From: Dehalococcoidia bacterium
GTDB taxonomy: Bacteria; Chloroflexota; Dehalococcoidia; UBA2979
Assembly (NCBI GenBank): GCA_963667465.2
Contig: CAXXDN010000002.1
Location: 160,001 to 224,000 of the forward strand
DNA length: 64,000 nt
Reading direction: 5' to 3'
The translations under genes and the position numbers were made by a program. Below are positions 57,200-64,000 of this stretch, in pieces. The stretch's first letter is position 1; every line of letters begins with the position of its first letter. The notes under the pieces are model-generated. The model made no database searches, was not told where the DNA came from, and was given only the letters and a program-made list of their open reading frames with translations.

Positions 57200-58550
57200 G
57201 GTTGTGTTGCGCCGGATCGCGCGCGCAGCGCTGATCGTCTTCGCCGTCGCGCTGGCGCTCGGTCTCTGGTCCTCGCCTCGAAGCGCGCAGCCGGCGCTGG
57301 CCTGCGCCTTCCTGCGCACGCCGCAGACGTACGAGGCGGATCGCGCGCGGCAGGCCTACATGGACGTGATCGACGCCGCAGCGGTCGATTCGTTGTTCCC
57401 GGGCGATCCCTTCTTTGGCCTGCCCACGATCAAGGTGGGGACGCGCAGCAATCGCTCCGACAGCACGATCCGGCAGGTGCCGGTGGAGGTGTTGCGAGCG
57501 ATCGCCTGGGTCGAGTCCGGCATCACGATGGCCTCGCGATCGGTCGCCTACGAGTCCTCCGGGGACGCGCTGATCTCGTTCGATTGCGGTCATGGCGTGA
57601 TGCAGGTGACGACGGGCATGACCCTGCCGCTGGGCCCCGATCGCCGGCCGAGCGCGACGCAGGTGAGCGTGGCGACGCACTACGCGTACAACATCGCGAG
57701 GGGCGCGGCGATCCTCGCAGACAAGTGGAATCGCGCCCCGCAATCCCGTCCGATCGCCGGCACGAACACCAACTCGTCGCCGCAGCTGATCGAGAACTGG
57801 TACTACGCCGTCTGGTCCTACAACGGGTTCAGCGGGCCGGGCGCCATCAAGTCGAACCACCCCGCCGACCCCGTGTTCGGTGGTTGGCCGCGCGCGCGCT
57901 ATCGCTGCGACGGGACGCAGTCGCGTAACCGCTACCCCTACCAGGAACTGATCTGGGGCTGCATGGCGCGCCCGCCCACGCCGAATGGCGTCCCGCTCTG
58001 GAGTGCCGTCGATGCGACGCTCCCGAACCTTTCGCAGGTCAGCTACTTCGAGGCGCTCTCGATCGCGAACTTCCGTTTCCCCTACGCGGGCATGGACATG
58101 CCCACGCCGCAGCCGGCGCACCCGACGGATCCGCCCTCCGTGCGCGGGGCGTTCCGCTCCGAGGTGCTCGCTACGCCGCGCCTTTCGGTGAACGCTCCAC
58201 CGATCGAGATCCGCACGGAAGGCACGTTCGAGGAGACCCGCGCGACCGTGTGGATCAGGAACCCGGGCACAGGCATCCTCTCCTGGTCGGCAACGCCGTC
58301 CGACGGCTGGATCGTGGTCGATCCGCCGGCCGGAGTGGCCCTCGGAACGGACGTCGACTGCTCGGGCCGTGGCTGCAACCGGGAAGCCGAGGTCACGATC
58401 ACGGTGAATCCCACGCTGCTGCCGGAGGCGACGGCTCGGGGAACGCTGAACATCAGCACGCCCAACGGGCAGGGCAGAGACGTCGAAATCCGCATCGACG
58501 TCTCTGCGGATTTCGAGGTAGGCGCGCCCGGCACCAGCCGCGCCTACTGA
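57192..58550 (+). CDS. Secreted lysozyme/SLT-like domain + BACON/Ig-like domain protein
   Basis: LRAIAWVES..GVMQV..YNIARGA..L..WYYAVWSYNG; C-terminal IRNPGTGILSWSA..WI.V. Confidence 0.7.
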   Translation: MPEVVLRRIARAALIVFAVALALGLWSSPRSAQPALACAFLRTPQTYEADRARQAYMDVIDAAAVDSLFPGDPFFGLPTIKVGTRSNRSDSTIRQVPVEVLRAIAWVESGITMASRSVAYESSGDALISFDCGHGVMQVTTGMTLPLGPDRRPSATQVSVATHYAYNIARGAAILADKWNRAPQSRPIAGTNTNSSPQLIENWYYAVWSYNGFSGPGAIKSNHPADPVFGGWPRARYRCDGTQSRNRYPYQELIWGCMARPPTPNGVPLWSAVDATLPNLSQVSYFEALSIANFRFPYAGMDMPTPQPAHPTDPPSVRGAFRSEVLATPRLSVNAPPIEIRTEGTFEETRATVWIRNPGTGILSWSATPSDGWIVVDPPAGVALGTDVDCSGRGCNREAEVTITVNPTLLPEATARGTLNISTPNGQGRDVEIRIDVSADFEVGAPGTSRAY

Positions 58551-58572
58551 GCTTCCCCCCTACACTCGATCC

Positions 58573-59082
58573 ATGGAGACGAGGGCGATGTTCGAGTTGA
58601 TCCGTCCCTGGCTGGACGCGATCCGGCGCAATCACGCGCTGGAGCACGCCACGGTCGCGGTGCTGCTCGCGCGCCGCGGACCCACGCGCCTCGCCGGGCG
58701 CGCCAGCGCGAACGGCTTCGTGATCCTCGGCGACCTCGAGACCGACGAGGTCGCCGAGGCCGCGCACGAGGCGTTGCGACGCCTCCAGGCCGGCGAGGCG
58801 TCGCTCGCGCTCTCGCCGCTGTGCGGCACGACCATCGCCGTGGGCGCGGGCCTCTGCGCGCTGGCGGCCACGCTGGTGCTCGCCACCGGACGGCCCTGGA
58901 CCCGGTTTCCCAACGCGTTCACGGCGGCCGCGCTGGCCGCCGTCGGGGGGCAGCCGGCCGGCCGCTGGGTGCAGCGGCACGTCACCACGCTGGCCGACCA
59001 CGGGGACGTCGAGATCCTCGGCGTGCGCACGTTCTTCGGGCGCGTGCATCAGGTCCAGACGCGCGGGCCGGCGGGCGCGTAG
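58573..59082 (+). CDS. Conserved membrane protein (DUF6391-like)
   Basis: IRRNHALEHAT, CGT, two TMs, QRHVTT; TACACT 6 nt upstream. Confidence 0.7.
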   Translation: METRAMFELIRPWLDAIRRNHALEHATVAVLLARRGPTRLAGRASANGFVILGDLETDEVAEAAHEALRRLQAGEASLALSPLCGTTIAVGAGLCALAATLVLATGRPWTRFPNAFTAAALAAVGGQPAGRWVQRHVTTLADHGDVEILGVRTFFGRVHQVQTRGPAGA

Positions 59083-59089
59083 GGCGCGG

Positions 59090-59776
59090 CTAGCTGCCCT
59101 CGGCGGCGGCCCGCTGCCGCTCCCAGTCCAGCACGAAGGGGTTGTGCTCCTTCTCGAAGGCCACCGAGGTCTCCTGCATGTGGCCCGGCAGCACGACCGT
59201 CTCGTCCGGCAGCACCAGCAGCTTCTCGGTGATGCTGCGCAGCTCTTCGTCGTAGCTGCCGCCGGGCATGTCGGTGCGGCCGATCGAGCCGCGGAAGAGC
59301 GTATCGCCGCTGAACAGGAACTTCGCGTCCTCGTTGAAGTAGCTGACGCTGCCGGTGGTGTGGCCGGGCGTCGTGATGACGCGGAGGCGCACCCCGTCCA
59401 CCTCCACGATGTCGGACTCCTCGACATAACCGTCAGGGTCGGGCGGGCCCTGTGCCAGGTCCAGCCCCATCCGCTGCGCCGAGGTCTTCCAGCCGTTCTG
59501 CAGCAGGTCCAGGTCGCCCTGGTGGAGCAGGAACTTCGCGCCGGTCGCCTCGTGCACGCCGTGGACGCCGAGGATGTGGTCGAGGTGCGCGTGGGAGTTG
59601 GCGATCGCCTTGATCGTCACGCCCATGTCGCGCGCGAGGGCGAGGATCTCCTCCGGCTGGTCGCCGGGGTCGATGCAGATTGCCTCGCCCGTCCGGCGGT
59701 TGCCGACGACCCAGCAGTTCTCCTGGAAGACTCCGACGACGATTCCGCGGACCATGAGCTCGTTTGCGACTTCCAT
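59090..59776 (-). CDS. MBL-fold hydrolase (glyoxalase II/YcbL-like)
   Basis: SHAHLDH, TPGHT, FSGDTLF.GSIGRTD, PGH. Confidence 0.92.
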   Translation of the reverse strand: MEVANELMVRGIVVGVFQENCWVVGNRRTGEAICIDPGDQPEEILALARDMGVTIKAIANSHAHLDHILGVHGVHEATGAKFLLHQGDLDLLQNGWKTSAQRMGLDLAQGPPDPDGYVEESDIVEVDGVRLRVITTPGHTTGSVSYFNEDAKFLFSGDTLFRGSIGRTDMPGGSYDEELRSITEKLLVLPDETVVLPGHMQETSVAFEKEHNPFVLDWERQRAAAEGS

Positions 59777-59859
59777 CGTCGGTCCGTCCCCGTGCTGCGC
59801 GTCCGGCCCGGCCGGTGGCCGACTCCCGGGCGCAGCGTAGCGGGCCTCGCGCCCGCGGG

Positions 59860-60582
59860 CTACGCGAGGAGTTGCGCCGCGATGAACTCCAGGCCGATGT
59901 CTCGCACGTGCTCGGGCGTCTCGGCGTGGCCCCCGGGGTTTGCGTAGAGGCGCTTGTCCGCCGAGCCGAGCAGGTCGAAGAGCGCCAGCGTGCCCTCGCG
60001 ATCGAACAGCTCGTCGTCCCACTGCATCAGGAACAGCGTCGGGCAGGTGAGGCGGGGAGCGTCCCGCACGAGCCGGGCGAAGAGGCTGTCCTCCGTCCGG
60101 GCCGAGCTGCGCACGCCGCAGAGGCCGAGCACGGCAGCGCGGATGCGGCCGTCCGCGACAATGAAGGGCAGGCCGAACATCGTGCCCATCGAGACGCCGC
60201 CATAGCCGATGCGGTCCTCGTCGAACTCACCGAGGCCGAGCAGCGCGTCGAGCGTCGCCTGCCAGTCGCCCACCAGTTCCTCGGCGACCGTGGCGTCGTA
60301 GCGCTGCTCGCGGCCGCGGGCGGCGCGGTCGCCGTGGTAGGGGCCGTCGATGGCTGCGGCGGCGATGCCGTGGCGGCGGACGCAGGCGTGTGCGCGCTCC
60401 AGGCGGCTCTCGTCTCGCTTGTGGCCGGCGCCGCCGTGTCCCAGCAGCACCAGCGGCGCGGCGTCGCCGGCCTGCTCGGGCGTCCAGAGCACGCCCGGCA
60501 CGCGCCCCGCGGGCCGCACGATGTCGAAGCGGCGCTCGCGCACGCCCTCGGTGGTCCCGGCCTCGTTGATGCGTTCCAGCAT
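59860..60582 (-). CDS. Alpha/beta hydrolase
   Basis: GHGG, IDGPYHG, nucleophile GVSMG, DDE, NPGGH. Confidence 0.85.
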   Translation of the reverse strand: MLERINEAGTTEGVRERRFDIVRPAGRVPGVLWTPEQAGDAAPLVLLGHGGAGHKRDESRLERAHACVRRHGIAAAAIDGPYHGDRAARGREQRYDATVAEELVGDWQATLDALLGLGEFDEDRIGYGGVSMGTMFGLPFIVADGRIRAAVLGLCGVRSSARTEDSLFARLVRDAPRLTCPTLFLMQWDDELFDREGTLALFDLLGSADKRLYANPGGHAETPEHVRDIGLEFIAAQLLA

Positions 60583-60689
60583 GCGGGGGTGGTAGCGCAG
60601 ACGGCACGGGGGCGCAACCGGCGGCGGGCTTTACTTACGGGTTTGGTTGGCGATAATGGTGGCCGGGGGTAGTCGGACAGGATACTCCG

Positions 60690-62192
60690 ATGCCATCGCT
60701 GCACCGCTTGGGTCGCAAGGCGCGACCCCGGGGTCAGACCCCCAGGCTCCCATTGCCCTCTGCCCTGGCCGCGCTCGCTGCGGCCTTTGCCGCGATCGCG
60801 CTCACGCTTGCCGCTAGCGGCCCGGCCACGGCCGCTGCCGCCCCCTGTTATGCCGCCGCCGAGGCCGGCGCGGCGCCCCTCGGCACCCTGAGCACGCCGC
60901 TCGAGATCGAGATCATGTGCGACGCCACGGCGCGGGTAGAGGTGCGCGCACCTGGCGGCGGGGGTTCGGCGCACTTCGTCGAGGCGCGTTTGCCGCTGCG
61001 GATCAAGGACGAACGCGCGTATCTCTGCCGCGGTCAGGATCCAACGGTCGATGTCGCATCGGAAGCTCTCGGCTGGTTCCAGTCGGTCCCGATCCGCGGC
61101 GTCAGGACGCTTCCGCAGTGCGACGTGCTGCTCAAGCCCGGCTCTATGCGTCTGCACTGGAGCGGACCGCGCGTCCCGGTGCCTGACGCCTTCGCGGGAG
61201 GCGCGCTGGGTTGGTCCGAGTGGGAGCGCGACCCCGGAGGCCTCGTCCCGGGCCTCGCGGTGTGGGAGGTCATGGAGGACGAGCCGTGGCTCACGGTCGG
61301 CTGGGGAGACGGTGTGCCGCCGGCGCTGCGGGGTCTGTCGTACCTCTCGCCCGGTCGCGAGTACCTCGTGATCTCCAATGCGGAGCGACCATGGACGTTC
61401 CCGCGGCCTTCCGGGGGTGGGTCGCCGTTCGAGCACGCCCAGGTCGTCGCCTTCTACGGCTACCCGGGCGTACCGGTAATGGGCGTGCTCGGCGAGGGCT
61501 CGCCCGCGGAGGTCGCCAGCGAGGTCGCAGCCTGGGCCGAGCGCTACGATCAGCTGAACGGCCCGCGCGATGTGATTCCGGCGTTCCACCTGATCACCGC
61601 TGTCGCCCAGGCCCACCCCACGGCGGACGGCACCTACCTCGCCCGGATGTTCGACGACACGATCGCGACGTACGTCGAGGCGGCCCGCGACTACGGGATG
61701 CTGCTCTTCCTGGACGTGCAGATCGGCTGGAGCGACCCGCTCACCGAGGTCAAGCTGCTCGAACACTTCCTGCGCGAGCCCTTCGTGCACCTGGCGCTCG
61801 ACCCCGAATTCGCGACCTTGAGCCGAGGCGTGCGTCCCGGCCTCGCCATCGGATCGATGGAAGCCGCGGAACTCAACGAGGTCCAGCACTACCTCGCCGG
61901 GCTCGTCGAGGAGGAGGGGCTGCCGCCGAAGATCCTCGTCGTGCATCAGTTCGTCGACTGGATGCTGCTCGACCGCGAGACAGTCGAGGATGTCAGTGGC
62001 GTCGAGATCACGATCGACATGGACGGCTTCGGCGGCGCGAGCCTGAAACTGCTGTACTACGAGCGATACTCGCTCACGGCACCCTCGGAGCGGTCGGCGA
62101 TCAAGCTGTTCTTCCAGCAGGACGACCCGATCATGTCGCCGGAGCAGATCCAGGCCCTCACGCACATGCCGGACATGATCATCTACCACTGA
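60690..62192 (+). CDS. Secreted hypothetical protein with conserved C-terminal domain
   Basis: Signal/TM; VVAFYG.P..MG.LGE, LDVQIG, HLALDPEF, LVVHQF, DMDGFG. Confidence 0.75.
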   Translation: MPSLHRLGRKARPRGQTPRLPLPSALAALAAAFAAIALTLAASGPATAAAAPCYAAAEAGAAPLGTLSTPLEIEIMCDATARVEVRAPGGGGSAHFVEARLPLRIKDERAYLCRGQDPTVDVASEALGWFQSVPIRGVRTLPQCDVLLKPGSMRLHWSGPRVPVPDAFAGGALGWSEWERDPGGLVPGLAVWEVMEDEPWLTVGWGDGVPPALRGLSYLSPGREYLVISNAERPWTFPRPSGGGSPFEHAQVVAFYGYPGVPVMGVLGEGSPAEVASEVAAWAERYDQLNGPRDVIPAFHLITAVAQAHPTADGTYLARMFDDTIATYVEAARDYGMLLFLDVQIGWSDPLTEVKLLEHFLREPFVHLALDPEFATLSRGVRPGLAIGSMEAAELNEVQHYLAGLVEEEGLPPKILVVHQFVDWMLLDRETVEDVSGVEITIDMDGFGGASLKLLYYERYSLTAPSERSAIKLFFQQDDPIMSPEQIQALTHMPDMIIYH

Positions 62193-62318
62193 TCGGGCGC
62201 CGGGATGCGGGCCGGACCTACTGGCCGGACCTACTGGGGATCAATATGCAAAAGTGCCCCGACAGCGGGTCGCCCGCGGACTGGCGGGGAAGCGACTGCG
62301 CTACGACGAGCTGAGCGC

Positions 62319-62480
62319 CTAGAGCCAGAGGCGCAGCGCGCCGAGGATTACGCCGGTACAGGCGATCATGAGGCCGCCGAGTTGCCAGCGCAGCCGCTCA
62401 AGGTCGGCCTTCGTTGCGACGTGCTGGATCTCGCCTTCAAGGCGGGCGATGCGCTCCCCCGCCTCCACTGACGCCGTCAT
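62319..62480 (-). CDS. Small coiled-coil + TM protein (DUF1640/CCDC90-like)
   Basis: ERIARLEG..HVATKADLE..W then hydrophobic C-terminus. Confidence 0.65.
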   Translation of the reverse strand: MTASVEAGERIARLEGEIQHVATKADLERLRWQLGGLMIACTGVILGALRLWL

Positions 62481-62691
62481 GACGCTGCCTTTGGCAGCGG
62501 CTTGAGGATCGACTTCGCCAGCTTCCTGGGCGTGGTGGGAATGCGCACATCGCCGCGCGCCGGTCCTGGTCGTCGCTCCATCAGTTCCCTCCAATGCGAG
62601 TGTACCCGACCTGGATACGCCCGTCCTACAGTTGCCCCGCTCACCACCGGCATCCATGACGTGGCCGCGACGGGATCGCGCGTCTCATGTT

Positions 62692-62792
62692 GCATGAGTG
62701 ACGTGGGGGGGGGGGCGTTGCTGAACACGCTCGCCCGGGGGCGTTCACGCCTGACAGCGAGCGGCGACGGACATCCCCCACGTCACTCATGC
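62692..62792. repeat. 101-bp element bounded by a perfect 18-bp inverted repeat
   Basis: GCATGAGTGACGTGGGGG (62692-62709) / CCCCCACGTCACTCATGC (62775-62792). Confidence 0.85.
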
Positions 62793-62891
62793 CCACTGCA
62801 CCCTTCGATATAGTCCCCACTTACTTGCTGCGTTCAACAGCTGCGGGATATACTTGATCGCGAGTTGGCGGGTTTTGGCTCGGGTGTGGGC

Positions 62892-64000
62892 ATGCCTCGC
62901 CAGTTTTTTGTTGCCTTTTTTCTGATTGCCCTTCTCGTCGCGCCACTGGCCGCGCTGCGTCCGGCATCGGCCGGCGCGGCAGCGAGCGATGCCATGCTCG
63001 ATGCGCCCGTGCGCCCCGCGTTCGGGCAGCTGGTCCCGGGCCAGGAGGCGGTCGTCCGCGGCGACGGCGACTGCCTGCGCCTGCGCGACACCCCTGCCCT
63101 CTCCGGCAGCCAGATCAGCTGCGTCGCGGACGGGACGAAGCTGGACGTGCTGGAAGGCGCGGTCAGCGCCGACGGGTACGACTGGCAGCGCGTGCAGGTG
63201 GATGGCCTCGCCGGCTGGGTGGCAGCGGAGTTCCTCGGCCCGGTCCCGCCTGCTCCCGCCTGCGGAGCGCAGGCGGGAGTTTCGGGAATCGGGCCGGGAC
63301 TGCTGGGCCGGGTTCCGGAGTCGGGGTGGGGGCTTGTCCTCTGGGGTGGCGGCACCGCCCATGGAGTTGCGAACGCGGCTTCCCTGCAGGGCTGCAACCT
63401 GCGATCGGTCTGGGCGAACAAGCCCGGGGGCGGCTTCGTCTCCTACCTCTTCGGAGCGCCGGCCTTCGTGAACGTCGCCTGGTTCCAGCAGTTCCCTGGC
63501 GGGCGCATCCCGGCCGGCACGCCGCTGATGATCAAGTGCGACCACACCGTGGGACGCCTCGCGCGCAGCATCGAGGGCGCGCCCGCGGTCGCAGCCCCGC
63601 CGATCCCTCCACCCAGCGCCCCCGCGCCGCTACCCGTCCACGCGAGGTCCGCCCCGCAGATCGGCGCCGAAGCCGCGGTCGTGATCGACGCTGACTCTGG
63701 CGCCGTGCTCTTCGACAAGGCCGCCCGGGAGTCGTACGCCCCGGCCAGCCTGACCAAGATCGCGACGGCGATCCTCGCGATCGAGGGGAGCGACCTCGGC
63801 GGCTGGGTCGAGAACGACGTCGATAGCCGCGTCATGCACGACAGCTCGGTGATGGGGCTGCTGCCGGGCGACTGCTTCACGGTGGCGGACCTGCTCTATG
63901 GGCTGATGCTGCCGTCCGGGAACGACGCCGCGCTCGCCCTCGGGCGGCACCTGACCGGCTCGGATAGTGAGTTCGTCGCCGCGATGAACATCTTGCTGCA
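62892..64000 (+). CDS. SH3b + D-Ala-D-Ala carboxypeptidase (S11), runs off the right edge
   Basis: Translated by hand: signal MPRQFFVAFFLIALL; CLRLRDTP..DGYDWQRV..GWVAAEFL; PASLTK (SxxK), LPSGNDA (SxN). Confidence 0.88.
   Translation, partial: MPRQFFVAFFLIALLVAPLAALRPASAGAAASDAMLDAPVRPAFGQLVPGQEAVVRGDGDCLRLRDTPALSGSQISCVADGTKLDVLEGAVSADGYDWQRVQVDGLAGWVAAEFLGPVPPAPACGAQAGVSGIGPGLLGRVPESGWGLVLWGGGTAHGVANAASLQGCNLRSVWANKPGGGFVSYLFGAPAFVNVAWFQQFPGGRIPAGTPLMIKCDHTVGRLARSIEGAPAVAAPPIPPPSAPAPLPVHARSAPQIGAEAAVVIDADSGAVLFDKAARESYAPASLTKIATAILAIEGSDLGGWVENDVDSRVMHDSSVMGLLPGDCFTVADLLYGLMLPSGNDAALALGRHLTGSDSEFVAAMNILL

Noticed and set aside
62901-62921. Two T6 runs at the start of the carboxypeptidase as phase-variation tracts
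   Set aside because: Short, in frame, and explained by Phe-Phe codons of a signal peptide

Overview
High-GC (roughly 70% by eye) bacterial chromosome segment. Gene content and order suggest Chloroflexota, possibly Dehalococcoidia-like (inference). Left to right: proS (3' part), nusA-ylxR-infB-rbfA-truB; lysR divergent from an ino1-2x acyltransferase-PHP-pimA-like-pgsA-like inositol-lipid cluster; a frameshifted thioredoxin-fold gene; a J-domain surface-repeat protein; peptidase MA; prfB with its programmed frameshift; folD, acpS, nnr, fabD-fabF-fabF-recJ; a small divergent orphan gene pair; an EF-G paralogue; tyrS-ribF-scpA; a long minus-strand aromatic supraoperon (tyrA, aroA, gmk, trpE, trpG, trpD, trpC, trpF, trpB, trpA, aroH, aroF); then envelope and hydrolase genes. 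No rRNA, tRNA, CRISPR or transposase was seen. Highlights: (1) trpE has a complete Trp T-box followed by an unannotated 44-codon leader ORF with WWW whose stop overlaps the trpE start, suggesting two-tier control. (2) A ~7.7 kb block splitting trpF from trpB carries an SBP-kinase-phosphatase-STAS-anti-sigma module, divergent from a tiny HECDEHEHH-repeat protein and a poly-His CDF exporter. (3) A 71-bp triple repeat duplicates the trpG start. (4) Two head-to-head orphan genes have interleaved Shine-Dalgarno sites. (5) A PHP protein is a candidate PI-phosphate phosphatase.
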